From the human T2T-CHM13v2.0 reference genome, Homo sapiens, in assembly GCF_009914755.1 (NCBI RefSeq), contig NC_060928.1: DNA of 64,000 nucleotides; one strand, given 5' to 3'. The translations under genes and the position numbers were made by a program. This document shows, piece after piece, positions 41,229 through 56,166 of this stretch (the stretch's first letter is position 1; the number at the start of each line of letters is the position of its first letter). Under the pieces are notes generated by a model. That model made no database searches, was not told where the DNA came from, and saw nothing but the letters and a program-made list of their open reading frames with translations.

Positions 41229-42999
41229 TTTTTTTTTTTGTTTGTTTGTTTTGTTTTTTCTTCAGCATTATTCAGCTACTTCAATATGTGTGTGTGTTTT
41301 TTTCAAATCATTAAAGAGGAGAGGGGATATAAGAAAGTAAATGGTCATAGTATCTGGGCTGGTCATGGGGGAAGGTATGAACATGAATTGGGTGATAATG
41401 TAGTGAAAAGATGGAGAGACAGAAGAAGAAGAGGTCTAGGAATGTTCAAGTTACCAAAACAAGAAGATAGTAGTAAATAGCTCATGGCAAAACCTCAGAG
41501 GATTTGGGGTTTTTACACTGGGGAAATCATGATCTGGTGATGGCACTTCCACCACCTGAGGGATGGGAGAGAACCAATCCTTTGAGTTTGTGTGCTCCTC
41601 AGGGAAAGTGCTGCCAGTGGGCAACAATTTCACTTAAAAGCAGTAGGTGACAGAAACACCCAAAAATGAAGTTTAGGGTATAAGGGAATTTGTTGAGTTT
41701 GGACCATGAGTTTCAAATTACAGGATATAATTTGTGGGGAGAAAGGGAAATGGTAGAAAATTAGTTGGTCTAGGAAGTATACAAAAATGTCAGAAGAATG
41801 GAAGGAATAGCCTATAATACAAGTTTTTTATAATTTTTGTTGCCTAAATTCATTACTTACTATATTCATGCAGTCACTTACAATCTTGGGCAATAGAATC
41901 CCACTCATTAGCAATAGAAAAGCCCCATAGATGGGTGAGAACACTACTTCTGCTTTGCTTTAGATACATACACATTCTCCCCAAATTCCAGAAAATACTG
42001 TTATACATAAATCTTGAGAATCATGGCTCAAGCTGTTCAATTTTACCACTGTTCGTAAAAGGAGTCTGTAAAATGCTCTATCATTGAAGTTACCACAGAT
42101 GATCACTGATTAGCAAATTAATCACCACAAAGGTTAGTGGATTACACAAATGGAATGCCTAACGTGTCACCATACTCCAGGTGCTTATCAGTTTCCCCAA
42201 TTCCAAGCAAATACCTCCCCTTTAAGCAAAACAACAATAAGGTAACAGATTTCAGCTTTTCTCATTCTCCTATTTTTCGGCAGTGGTTTCCAGCAGGAGT
42301 GTTACTTGGTTTTAAAATGCTATTTTTTCTTTACCTCATTTGAAAAGTGCTGAAAGTATACAAGTCAGAGTTACCTAAGACAAAAGACTGTATTAAATCA
42401 TTGGATTTGTAATTAAAATGTGCAGACAGTATAGTGGAGTGTTAAGCATCTTGAGCCGCTCAGTCCTCACTTGAAAATTTCCTAATCTAATTTTCTCTTG
42501 GCTGAGAACCAATTGTTGCTGGTTTTCTCCACTACATACAGCTATGTATTCTAAAAAGGTCTGTCATCAAGGTCCCTGGCACTTTTATAAATGTGCTACT
42601 TTAGCATGCATTCTGCAATACTCTGGATTGCTGCCTATGGAAGTCGATATTTTAAACCAGATACTTCAATGTGCTAACTCAAAAACCCTCTTTGTTCCGC
42701 AACTGAGATTGACAGTCTAAGGCTATAATTTAAAACTATTTAATTATGAGATTAAGATAATAACCCATGAGCATAAAAAGGAACAATTTATTAGCACAAG
42801 TATTGACAATATTAGATAATATATTATACATACCAAGATATGACTCAAAAGGTAGCACATTTTCTTTGTAATAGTCATCATCACAGTGCTCTGATTTTTC
42901 TGCCTCCATTGAATTTACTGCATCTTGCACAATTAGCTGTGGAAAGGTTTCTAAAATTGCCAGATCTCCCATTCTGTAAGTTTTAATAATGTGCATATC

Positions 43000-44950
43000 C
43001 CTTAATTTTCAAAGGGACATTTTAGTAAAACTTGTGTGCCTATTTGTTTCTACTAGATTTTCTCTCTCTCTTCTTTAATGGTTTTCATTTTTTCCACTTT
43101 TTTCTGTTAGCTTCCCTTTCCTTTTTCTTTTACTTGCTGATATACATTTTGAATGCTTTTGCTATTACAAATATCTTCTTCAAGTCTGTTACCTCTCTGT
43201 TAATTTTTCCTTTTGGTACAAATATAAATAAGTATATAATTTATAATATATAAACTATCAACTTTTTCCTCTAAGGTATACGCTTTCAAAGTCTTTTAAC
43301 TGAAATCCTTTTAAACTAAGAATTTAAAATTTTATTTTTCCCTTCATTCCCTTTTATTTTCTTTTTTCTTTTCTTTTCTTTTTCTTTTTCTCTTTTTTGA
43401 GATGGAGTCTCGCTCTGTCACCAGGCTGGAGTGCAGTGGCCTGATCTCGGCTCACTGAAACCTCCGCCTCTCAGGTTCAAGCGATTCTCCTGCCTCAGCC
43501 TCCCGTGTAGCTGGGACTACAGGCACATACTACCATGCCCAGCTAATTTTTGTATTTTTAGTAGAGATGGGGTTTCACCATGTTGACCAGGATGGTCTTC
43601 ATCTCTTGACCTCATGATCTGCCCCCCTCGGCCTCCCAAAGTGCTGGGATTACAGGCATAAGCCACCACGCCCGTCCTTTTATTTTCTATTCTATATTTT
43701 ATTTGTCTCAGTTTTACAATTCGTGTTACAATCTTTAATCTCTTTGAAGGATATTTTCCATTTCTTTATGTAATGAGCTAAGTTTCCAACACCATTTGCT
43801 AAATAATCCATCCTTTTTCTGAACATTGATGCTACCACAGTATCCTACATTAAATCTGTTTCTGTGCTTTCTCTTCTGTTCCATGGGCATACTTTATGTT
43901 TTTCTATCATTACTACAGTATTACTAGAACTTGCTTAATATCTGGTAGGGCGAATCCTCCCATTTTGATCATCTCTTGCAAAACTGTTTTAGCTACTCAG
44001 GAATTTTTTTTATTTCTTCACATAAATTTCAGAATCAGTTGTTAAAATTCTTTCAATATGTTTGTCTTTTTTAATTAGAATTACATTAAATATATGGATT
44101 ATGTTGTAATAACTGGTATCTTTATGAGGTTAAGTCATACCATTCATACACACGTCTATATCTTCTTTTGTTGAGGCCTTCCATTATATCCTTTTATAGG
44201 TTTTTAAGATTTTTCTCCATTAATGTCCATTCATTCTTTGCTGGGTTAATTTGTATATAGATTCTTTTTGTTTTGTTGCTATTAGGTATGATATCTAATT
44301 TCCCTTTAATTTTTTAGTTTATTATTACTAAGTAAGAAAATATTACTGATTTTTGCATGTTGATCTTATATCTGACAAATGTATTGAACATTATTAAATA
44401 GATAGAACAACTTTTCTCTGCACTCATTTGTGTTTTCTATGGAGATGATGATATCATACTTAAATAATAAGTTAAAAATTATCTCTATACTTCTAAGGTT
44501 TATACCAGTTATTTATTTATTTTGGTATTTGATTTGGATCGCAATTGAGCAGGTCCCAGGATAACCTACATCCTTACTTGGGTCCTGAAGTTTAAAAATA
44601 CACATATTGAAGTTTTCCCATTAAATATAATATTTGCTATGAATTTTTTTTAAAAAATGAATGATTCCACCAAGTTAAGGAAACTACTATATACTAGTTT
44701 TCTAAATTGTTTTGTATTTTCTTGAAAAATACTAAAGTTCATAAATAGTTTTTTTTAATTTACTTGGGAGTTTTTTTTTTTTAGACTATTAGACTATGAA
44801 GTAAGTGACATGATTGATTTAACTCTCTTTACTGTCTGGAATAAATCTTAATTGATTATGATGTTTATGCACCATTACATTTTGTTATTTAATAGCTTAT
44901 TTAAGGCTTTTAACTAAGTTCTGAAGTGAAATGTTAGTATAATGTATTGT
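43000..44950 (-). mobile_element. Ancient L1M/L1ME ORF2 remnants
   Basis: TTTCCAACACCATTTGCTAAATAATCCATCCTTT, ACTGATTTTTGCATGTTGATCTTATATC, CCATTAAATATAATATTTGCT motifs. Confidence 0.65.
43362..43676 (-). mobile_element. AluSc SINE
   Basis: CTGTCACCAGGCTGG and CAGGATGGTCTTCATCTCTTGACCTCATGATC diagnostics. TSD CTTTTATTTTCT. Confidence 0.92.
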
Positions 44951-45198
44951 TTGTACTCTGGTAAGGATATTTTTTTGTCCTGGTAAAGATAGTTTCAGAG
45001 GACAAAAAATATATTATAAAAACTTTTATGAGTAGACTCATTAAAGTTTTTCTTGAAAGAATGGAAAGGAGAAGTAGGCCTTCAACCCACTGGCTGTGCT
45101 GGAGAAGAAAGCATGGTTCCTTTCTTAAAGAAATCTTCCATGTTTTCTCTAAGTAACCCTTTGTTGAGCATTTAATGTGGACATACCAAAAGTAGAGC

Positions 45199-45322
45199 TT
45201 TGTTTTTTTTGTTTTTTCTTGTTTCTATTTTGAGATGGAGTCTCGCTCTGTCACCCAGGCTGGAGTACAGTGGCGTGATCTTGGCTCACTGCAACCCCCA
45301 GCCTCCCGGGTTCAAGTAATTC
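45199..45322 (-). mobile_element. 5'-truncated Alu (right-arm end only) with TSD
   Basis: TSD AAAGTAGAGC at 45189-45198 and 45323-45332. Confidence 0.88.
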
Positions 45323-48300
45323 AAAGTAGAGCATTTTAATGCTAATAAGAGGCTGGCACTTAAGATGAGAGATTCAAAAGAATATAGATTCCTGAAAAAT
45401 TTCACTGTTTGCAAATTGAGCAGTGCTGCAACATGTACTGCACGGAGGTCATAAAATATAACTAGTTATGGATGACACACTTTAACCTGGTAGGTGCTAG
45501 ATCTTAATAGACATCCCAAAGGCCAGCAGGTGCTTCCTTGGCTCCCTGTGATGGAGTCTAGGCGTATTAAAAGCAGAGGAAAAGACAGAGCTCTCAAGAG
45601 CTTTGTGTTGTGTTCTTACTAGAGTTTGCAGAGCAGTAGGCATCTCAGGATAACAGATTCTTATTGAGTAGATCAGTTAGGAGACTGAGGGTGTCAGGAG
45701 AGGAGTCTCTGATATAAGACTCCTGGTTCCCAGAAGAGACTCAGTTTCATTGAAGTAGATACAGATTTAGAGGAGAAAAGACCAAGAGATTTTCAGCATC
45801 GCAGTGGTGATTGCAATCACTCAATTATTAATGAAAGTCTGTGCAAGACAAGACCTAGGAATGACCAGATATTTTGTAGGCATAGATGTCAGGAAAAGGC
45901 AGAATACTGGCAAGAAATGAGGAAGAGAGAGAGAGAGAAGAACAATATAACTTTCTTGAGTGCGAAGGTGGCAGACAAGTAGGAGCCCAGCTGGGATTGG
46001 CGTAGGAAGGACGGAATGCTGACTAGTGTGACCTCATTGCCCCAGCTTTCCTTTCAGAGGAAGGCCTGTCCTGCTGGAACTGGGGCTGAGGGAGGCTGTC
46101 TGTGGAAGCAAAAGACTTGGAAGAATTCAGGCACTGGGGGCAGTAGGTACGGTATTTGTAAACAGAAGGTGGTTGATGTAAGCCAAAAGGAGATACCATC
46201 CTGATATGCTCTATGAAAGGGAAGATGTGCCTCATGTGTGTGATGCAGCTGGGGTGTGGAAACACTGAAGAGAACAAGATGAAGGAGTTTGCGTAGCAGT
46301 GGGCATATGTACAATTTAACACCTGGACTCTTATCAGTGGAGCAGGAAAGTGACTCTGTAACCAACATTAACATTACTTTGGATTTGTAATCAAAATGGT
46401 TCTATGATTTATCTCTCACTATTCACAGGTAATTATAACTTCTGGTTTTGTAAGCCCAAGCCATTTTACATTTGCTTTTCTAAATTTGAATTTTTAAATC
46501 CTTTATATATATATAAAAGTTTTTCTTTTTTCATTTAGGCCTAATCTAGATTAGAAGAAGAATTATTCGTTGAGTTTTAGGTAGAACTTATTTGCTAAGT
46601 GTTGTGGGGCTTGAGGCTTTCTTAGAGAGAGCAGCAAATGGATAATTGTCATGTAGTCATATGCATATATACATATTTTATTAGTTATTGGTATCTAATT
46701 TAACTTTATTATCATCAGAGAGTAAACTCCAATTGATGTTAATTCTTAGCACATTTCTGAAGCTGTCATTTGGCTTAGAATATGTTTGATTTAAGATTTT
46801 TTATTTTGTGATGTAGCTTTTTATGTATTTATAAAATTTGAATTATTATTTTGTTTAAATGTTCTATAATATTTCTTAATGTTTTTCTCATTGACTTTTT
46901 TAAGAAGATTATCTTTCAATTTCTTTTAACAATTTGAATTAGGAATAATTATATCTCATTGGGCTTCTGTATTAAAAGCAGAATTGAGATAGAGCTCTTA
47001 AGTAATTAATCAGGTCTGCTCACTGACACAATAATAGCTCTTGTGCAGTAGATGTGCAGTGTAATTTTTTTCAAAATCTTTACAAGAAAAATGACAATGG
47101 ACATTCACTGTTCCATATAAATGATAAATTCAATAATTCAGAGTATACTTCAAAAGCTTTTACTAATTTATAACTTTTTAAGAACTATCGAATATTCTTT
47201 TCTTGAGTCTACTCAACTCTAAAAAGATCCCAGTGAGATTATCTTATTTATTGTGGAGGCGAGAAAACTGAGGCTTATAAAGGATAAGATACTTCCAAAA
47301 TTAAATAAACCTTGCCTGCTTCCAACTGTGCTGCAGTGCCTTTGATGGTTCAATTTGTTGGAATCTTTAGTTAGTACAGATGTATTTTAAATACTGAGTT
47401 GTGCTTTTCTTGTGTTCTAGTTATTCTCCCAAGCAGTTTATAATCTGTTGTTTATTCAATGAATGTTTCTGTTGGAAGTTGGTGAAAAGAGAGGTGAAAA
47501 TCCCATACAGTATGAAAAAGAATATAACAGAATTTCACCCAGTCAGAGCATGTTTGGCAAGGATTACAAAAAGTTATTAATTTCTTGACTTATTTTACTT
47601 AAATTAAAAGTTTGTATATTCTCTTAGTGGAAAAAAGAAATCCTGAGAGTAGGTAATACAGTCCTTAAAGTACTTCATCTCTTTACATTCCAATGACCCT
47701 ACTTTATCAGCCCCACAGTTATAGGTTCTAAGGAATTCAAGGCTCAATATAAGTAGAAAATACTGGACCTCCAAAAGTGAACCAGGAAACATTGTAAATT
47801 TTAATCATAAATATCAATAAGTAAGGTATGTCAACTTGCTAAAAATATTTTATGGATCTTGAAGTGTTACTGACTAAAGTAAGTTTTCACTGATTACAAA
47901 ATAAAAACAAATATAAATGTGTATATACAGGCATCTTCTCATTTGTTTCATTTTTCCTATTCAAATTTCAAAGTTTTGAAAAGTCATAAGAAAAAAACAT
48001 TAAACGATCAAATTCTGGAACTTAAATTTCTAATTGAATCTTTAGGAACATTCCACATGTGATGTTATGTCTTATGCTTTATAGTCAAATGATTGCACTT
48101 AGTAGAACATTGCCGTCATATAGTGGACTTTTCATCACTAAGGATATAATATGAGTTAAACTTAGATTTCTCATGTAAACTAAAGTACTTTGGTTATCTC
48201 TTTTAATGTTCATTAGGAATTTTGGAAATACTTCCATTTCAATTCAGAGTATGAAAATTCATAGCATTTACTAAACTTAAACTAATAATCTAAAAGAAAA

Positions 48301-48489
48301 TGCTACTTTATATAAACTGAGGCCCTTTAAATGTATGTATTAAAGATCAACTCAGAGACAGTGTCTCCTTCATCTTCTTTGTATTTACACTTAATATATA
48401 ATTTCCAAAATACTTTAAAAAAAAACCTAATACAGAATCGTGTATTTTTTCCTACAACCCCTTTTTTGAGGTCCGAAGGTCAATACACA

Positions 48490-48740
48490 ACAGCAATTAT
48501 AATAGCAAATATTTATATAGTACTTTTGCACATTAAAGTTTGTATATTTGCATAATTTTGTGTAGCAAATAAAACTACCAAGATCTTTTACTTGATACAC
48601 ACAATGGTCCTGTGAAGGAACTTCAGCATGTATCCCCACTTCACAGAAGAGGGCTATGAGGTGCAATTAGCGAAACATTGCAGAGTTATTAAAATGCTTG
48701 GCTGGCATTCAAATTCAGGCAGGCTGGTTTGCACGTCCAT
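48490..48740 (-). mobile_element. MIR SINE
   Basis: ATAATAGCAAATATTTATATAGTAC...TATCCCCACTTCACAGAAGAGG...ATTCAAATTCAGGCAG. Confidence 0.65.
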
Positions 48741-48840
48741 GTTTTCAGTCACTGACATAGTGTTTCATACTTTAATATTAATAAATAATCATGGAATGAT
48801 ATTATTATTTTATTCAAACATAAGACTCAAAAATTGCATA

Positions 48841-51214
48841 CAGGCATACCTCATTTTATTGTGCTTCTCTTTTTTGTATTAATACTTCCCAGACATTGCA
48901 TTTTTTACAAATTGTAAGTTTGTAGCAACTCTATTTCAAGCAAGTCTATCAGTGCCATTTTTCCAACAGCATGTGCTTACTTCATAGATCTATGTCACAT
49001 TTTGGTAATTCTCACAATATATCAAACTTTTTCATTATTATTATATCTGTTAGGGTTATCTGTGGTTACTGATCTTTGATGTTACTGTTGTAATTATTTT
49101 AGGGCCCCATGAACCTCACCCATATAAGACAGCAAACTTAGTCAATAAATGTGTGTGTTCTGACTGTTCCACCGACCAGCTGTTCTTCTGTCTTTTCCTC
49201 TGCCTCTCCTTGGGTTCCCCTCTTCCCTGAGACACAGCAATATTGAAATTAGGCCAATTAATAACCCTGCAATGGCTTGTAAGTGTTCAAGTGAAAGAAA
49301 GTGTCTCTCACTCTAAATCAAAAGCTAGAAACCATTAAGCTTAGTGAGGAAGGCATGTCGAAAGCTGAGATAGGCTGAAAGCCAATCCTCTTTAACAGTT
49401 AGCCAAGTTGTGAATGCAAAGTAAGGTTCTTGAAGGAAATTGAAAGTACTAATCTATTGAACACATGAATAATAAGAAAGCAAAATAGCCTTATTGCCTC
49501 AAAAGTTTTAGTGGTCTTGTTAGAAGATCAAACCAATGTCAACAATCTCTAAAGCCAAGCCTAATCCAGTGCAAGGCCCTAACTCTCTTCAGTTCTATGA
49601 AGGCTGAGAGAGGTGAGAAAGCTGTAGAAGAAAAGTTTGTTTGAAGGTAGCAGAGGCTGGTTCATGAGATTTAAGGAAAGAAGCCAGCTCCATAACATGG
49701 AACTGCAAGATGAAGCAGAGAGTGCTGATGTAGAAGTTGCAGCAAATTATCCAGATGATAGAGCTAAGATCATTGATGAAGGCAGCTACACTAAACAACA
49801 GATTTTCCATGTAGACAAAACAGCCTTCTATTGGAACAAGATGCCATCTGGAACTTTATTAGCTAGAGAGAAGAAGTCAATGTCTGGCTTCAAGGCTTCT
49901 AATCCTCAAATAATAGACTGACTCTCTTGTTAGGAGATAATGCAACTGGTGAATGTAAGTTGAAGCCAGTGCTTACTATCATTCTGAAAATCCCTAAGAA
50001 TTATGTTAAATCTACCCTGCCTGTGCTCTATAAATGGAACAACAAAGCCTGCATGACAGCACACCTGTTTACAGCATGGTTTATTGAATACTTTAAGCCC
50101 ATGTTGAGACCTACTGCTCAGAAAAAAAAAAAAATTCTTTCAAAATATTACTGATCCCTGACAAGGCACCTTGTCACCCAAGAGCTCTGATAGAGATATA
50201 CAAGGAGATTAATATTTTTATACCTGCTAACACAACCTCCATTCTGCAGCCCATGGATCAATGAGTAATTTCTCCTTTAAAGTCTTATTACTCAAGAAAT
50301 AAGTTTTTTAAGGCTATAGTTGCCATAGATAGTGGTTCCTCTGATGGATCTGGACAAACTAAATTGAAAACCTTCTGGAAAGTATTCACTATTCTAGATG
50401 TCATTAAGAACATTTGTGATTCATGGGAGGAGTAAAAATGTTAACATCAATAGGATTTTGGAAGAATTTGAGTCCAACCCTTGTGGGTGAATGAGGAGTT
50501 CAAGACTTTAGTGGAGGAAATAACTGCAGATGTGGTGGAAATAGCGAGATAACTAGAAGTAGAAGTGGATCCTGAAGATGTGAATAAATTTCTGCAATCT
50601 CATCATCAAATTTTAATATGTGAAGAGTTGCTTCTTACAGTTGAGCAAAGAAAGTGGTTTCTTAAGATAGAATCTACTCCTGGTAAAGATGCTGTGCACA
50701 TTGTTGAAATGACAACAAAGGATTTAGAATATTACATATTTCGTTGAGAAAGCAGCAACAAGGTTTGAGAGGATTGACTTCAGTTTTGAAAGAAGTTCTA
50801 TTGTGAGTAAAATGCAACCAAACTGCATGACATACTACAGAGAAATCTTTCAGGAAAGGAAGAGTTAATCGATGTGGCAAACTTCACTGTGGTCTTATTT
50901 TAAGAAATTTCCATAGCTCCCATAACCCTTAGCAACTCATCACCCTGATCATTCAGCAGCTTTTAACATCCAGACAAGTCTCTCCATCACAAAAATATTA
51001 GAACTCGCTGAAGCCTCAGAATATGGTAACTTTTTTTTAACAATAAAGTATTTTTAAATCAAGGTATGTATAGTGTTTTACTCTATTGCGTGCTTAATAG
51101 ACTACAATATAATGTAAACATAACTTTTATACGCACTGGGAAATCCCCAAATTTGTGACTCACTTTATTGTGATGGTCTGGAACTGAGCCTGCAGTATCT
51201 CTCAGGTATGCCTG
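48841..51214 (+). mobile_element. Near full-length Tigger1 DNA transposon with a disrupted pogo/CENP-B-like transposase
   Basis: TIRs CAGGCATACCT...AGGTATGCCTG, upstream TA. ORF remnants [28 protein letters not shown] and LPVLYKWNNKACMTAHLF are broken by frameshifts and stops. Confidence 0.95.
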
Positions 51215-51959
51215 CATCTTATTTACCAATTCATTTTTGTAAATCTGATAGAGAGGGATACTGAATTCTAATAAGTATTTAATTGTATAAATGAAGTACA
51301 ACTTAATACTTCATTATTCATTCTCCTTATTGATACCCTTAACTTCTCTCACATATAAATTAATTCTTTGATAGTATTAATATATTGAGTTAAAGAAACT
51401 TATATAACATTGACTTGTAGAGGAAACATAATTTGTATAACATTGAGTTGTAGAGAAAATAAAATCTTATCTGTCATTGATCTGATATTTATTGGTCTTA
51501 ATTTATTATACTCAGTTTTTCCTAATTTCAGACTTAACCTGATTCATAAGCAGCACACAATCTATTATTTAAAGTTTAATATTGGTGTTTTGCCTTCAAA
51601 TTTGCAATATTGATATGGATCATTGAGTCATAGGGATAAAATATTTATGATATATTCTAAAATGTTTGTGATGTATTCTAAACCATTTATTTTATTTATT
51701 TGGTTCATTTCATTCTCCTCTTAATACATTTCCTATGAACAAAACATAGGAATATAGCTTTTGGTAGTAATACTTAAATGGTAATAAAATTCATAGTTGA
51801 AATATAATAATCTCTGTCATTTATAATGTTTACATGTATATTATGTGACTTTCATGTTTTTGAAGAATTTTTAATATCTTTAATGCTTATTTATTTATGA
51901 CCATAGAGAAAAATTATTAATATTTTACTCAGAACCATTGAATTAAATTCTGAATGCCA

Positions 51960-52347
<388 letters not shown>

Positions 52348-53927
52348 TCAACATAAGGTACATTTGGAGGAAATATTAAGCTGTCAAGATTTCTATCATA
52401 AGTATAACCATTTGATTGAACATTTTTAATGTAATAGAATAAAAGATGAAATGTTTAGATTTTTTTTCTGCTCACTAATCTAGCTATGCTATCTTAAATA
52501 TCCTTAAACCACTGGGTAGCAGATCACTTACTGCTATTTTAGATATACATTGTAATGTTGCCAAGCTATTCGTGTTATTATATGTCTGACCAACTTAAAA
52601 CTTTAATAACATATCCCACGTAAAACATTCTTCCTCCACTGCCTGCTAAGATCTGTGACTAGGGGATTAGTATAAGAAAAGTTGTTTCTTCTTTCTACTA
52701 TTTAATATATTCTGTGAACACTACAATCCTAAAATGGTCTTGTTTGTCCCCTTGCATTTATAAGGACTTGGAGCACCTGGCCTGGTAGTATGGCAAAGCA
52801 GTGTCTCTTAGATCAAGTAAAGCTTGTGGAAGTCCTTTATCTCAGGTTACTGCTGGCTCCTTTTCGAATATGGGTAACTGAATCTTCTTAGTCCTCAGTT
52901 TGGAGGCCTCGTTGTTGATTGAGGAAAAGCCCACTCAACATACAGATGCGTTAGTATATATTACCTGTTTTTTCTTCTATGAGGAATAGTTTTATCTTGA
53001 GAAATCTGTAAGTCACTACTTATAAATGATAAGGTAAACCTATAAGTTCCTCTTAACATCTGCTAAGAACATATTAGGCCTTTGCATCCACATTTTTACA
53101 AAATTCTTAAATATACTCCAGTAAAATTGTTTTAGTCATACAACCTGTAACGGTATTTTGTTTAAATGGATTATCATTAGTAAAACATAATAAAAATTAT
53201 TCAGCTATAGAAACTAGTTCTGTGGATCTGCTTTTTCAAATTAAAAGGAATCAACAGCATGGCAACATTACCATCAATTTAATTTGGATTTGCTAGAGAA
53301 AACTATAAAACTAGATTATCTAGGCCAGTAGAATATTTGACAAAAATTATGGAGGGTACTGACATATCCTAGGTAATCTTTAGTGATCTTTAGATTTTAA
53401 ATCATTATATATTACTTATCTCATTTTTGGGATAAAATAAATGCTTTGTTAATTATTGCACAAATCAAGCCACCGTAAAAAAATTCTAAAATATTGTGCC
53501 TTAAACTCTGTTTTGTGAGAGTCTCATAGTAGGCAGTCTAAACCTAATATTTCAGCTCCACATAAATAAGCAGCTTCCATTTTGATGCCTAAGGCTCTGC
53601 ATCACTTTCTTCTAGTCAAAGGACAGCAGCAAATTGTAAAGAGGAGACCAATTCCAATCCTTTAATTGACAACACCCAGAAATGTCACAGTTCACTTGTG
53701 GCCACATCTCTGTGGACGCTACTTCTACATATAACTATAGCAAAGTATAAGTGAAGCTGGAGTTGCTGTTGTCTTTATTAAATGGAGCAACTAAATGGTC
53801 CCCACCAGTTGATAAAAACTGCTGAATTGCACCCTGATATCTCTATTTTTTGATATTTCATATTAAAAATAAAAAATATGTCACCTCACCATTGCAAACT
53901 TTGTATTTTAATTTTTAAAAACGTTTT

Positions 53928-54265
53928 TATAGTACAGAGATAGAGAACAAAACACAGGGGCAGGGGAAAGAAATGGGGAGATGTAGGTCAGAGGAAACAA
54001 AGTAGCAGATATGGAGGATGAACAAATCTAGAGACATAAGGTACATGAGGGCTATAGGTAATAAAATTGTATTGTGTATGGGATTCACTCTAAATGAGTA
54101 GATTTTAGCTGCCCTGCTACAAAAACAAACAAACAAAAAATTGATAACTATGTGAGATGATGGATACATTAATTTGCTTCAATATAGTAACTGTTTTACT
54201 ATCTACATGTATCCCATAGCATCATGCTGTGTATCCAAGATACACATAATGAAATGTATTTAAAA
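53928..54265 (+). mobile_element. L1MA-type 3' end
   Basis: ATGGGGAGATGTAGGTCAGAGG...GAGTAGATTTTAGCTG...TAACTATGTGAGATGATGGATAC. Confidence 0.8.
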
Positions 54266-54644
54266 TCTATACAAAGCTTAATTCATTTTGTAGAGCATTT
54301 TTGCATGGATGCCTATGTGTCAACCTCTGTAACTTTCTTTTCTTGACATTGTACTATACGAATTAAGGTAGAATTATTCGAATCGTGAACAGGACATCAC
54401 AGATGGAATATACTGATGCAATGGGAATGCATATAATATAATAAATATCACATTATTATGTTTTATAAATTTTTGATGGTAATATAAGTACAGGATTTTT
54501 CTTTCTAGGCCTGTTTCACAGCTGTTAAATACCATCAGTTCTTACAAATTCTTCTCTCTTTATCTTTCACACATCCATGGCATTATTCAAATATCTCTTG
54601 GATTTCCGTTTCTTGGCTTAAAACTCTCTTTGAATGTCCCCGTC

Positions 54645-54833
54645 CAGTACTGACCAATAGAACTTTCTGTGATGATGGACATGTCCATTATGGCAGCTAC
54701 TATGTGAAGCTTTTGAGTACTTGTGTTGTGACTGATATGACTGAGGAACTGAATTTTAAACTTAATGTCATTTAATGAATGTAAATGTAAATAGCCAGAC
54801 ATGACTAGTGATCACCCCATTGGACGTACAGTT
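54645..54833. mobile_element. MER3 hAT-Charlie MITE
   Basis: CCAATAGAACTTTCTGTGATGATGG...ACTGAGGAACTGAATTTT...ATTGGAC. Confidence 0.8.
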
Positions 54834-55011
54834 CTAGTCACTCTCTGCTTCGTTTACCAACTTATTTCAGCCACATCTATTTTACTGCATCATATTACTC
54901 CTGAAATATCCTTAAATAAATTTACTTACTCAACATTTATGTATTTGGGGTTTTATTCTCTGGATGAGAAATTTTGTATTTTCGGTGTGATTTTACCCTA
55001 GCTTTGAATAG

Positions 55012-55255
55012 TCTAATAATAATAACCGTATATAGTATTCATTGAACACATTTTGTGTTAGACACGGTTCTGAGCATTTTATTCATAATAAATTGTTTCA
55101 TTATCACAAGAAACTTGCATTATAATTATCACCATCTTATATATGTATAAAAGGACACAACCACAGGTTAATTAATTTTTGTCTAAGATCAAATAGGTAG
55201 CTAGTAAGTGGCTGAGCTAGGATGTAAACCTCAGGCAAACTGGCTTCAAATACCA
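55012..55255 (-). mobile_element. MIR SINE
   Basis: TGTGTTAGACACGGTTCTGAGCATTTT...GCTAGTAAGTGGCTGAGCTAGGAT. Confidence 0.7.
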
Positions 55256-56166
55256 TTCTTTATTATTTCATCATTCTGGAGAGTGAGTTTTCATCAGTGG
55301 TTCTCTTTATTCAAAATACATCACAGTTGCAGCCTGTCTAGGAGCTTTATTTGTGTATGCATAATATAGGAAACTATCTTGCCTCTGGCAAGAGAGAAGA
55401 GAAAGGAACAGTTTCTCTTCTTTCTTTTTCTTATCACAAGCAAAAAATACATTTATAAAAATTGATCCAAAACATTCCTTATCTTCACTAATTGAGTATT
55501 AGGATCTTATTTTATCCAAATGATATTAAAAAATTAGTAAACATAAGTGAAAATAAGCAGGCGTTGTATGTTTGTTCCTATTACTACAAAAGATTATTCA
55601 GGTTTATCTTACTCAGAACACAAACAGAAAGAGTTTTAAAGTACTCAAGATAGATTATTTTCTAAGGGCTATAATGTTAAGATTTAACTCAGGTCAATCA
55701 TCTCCAAGTTAAAATTACTTAGAAGCCTACTGTCCATAATTAAGTAATCTTACCTACTAATATTACGGAATAAGAATACCTTTAGGTGACATGAAATCTG
55801 TCATTTTAAGCATGCCCCCAAGCCTTTCCAAGATTGCTCATAAAATTTCTTATTCTCTAGAGAAATGTGATCTCTAAGAAATAAATGTCTCTTTCAAGTC
55901 ACAAGTAATATGAGCACATGATAAAAAAATGGAATTTTGAGTCTTAGAAGGGATATTGCAGTATTATAAAATTGCTTTTATTTCTTGTTATTTAAGTTCT
56001 CATGGTCATTTTAGGATTTACCTTCTAGATATAAAGGATAATGATTTCTTTTAGGGAGGTGGGGGACAGAGGCCTTTGGGGACCAGGAGAATATTTTTCA
56101 TATGAAATTCTTTGTCATAAAATGCTAATGTTGGTGTTCTTGTCTTTATGTCTATGCATTCTTTAG

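Noticed and set aside
45400-46380. Purine-rich, higher-GC segment with overlapping ORFs of 62-106 aa
   Set aside because: No recognisable protein similarity or splice structure. Probably an ancient LTR or other repeat remnant that I cannot name.
49595-50880. Transposase-like ORFs as a possible TIGD gene
   Set aside because: Fragmented by stops and frameshifts inside a TIR-bounded Tigger1 fossil.
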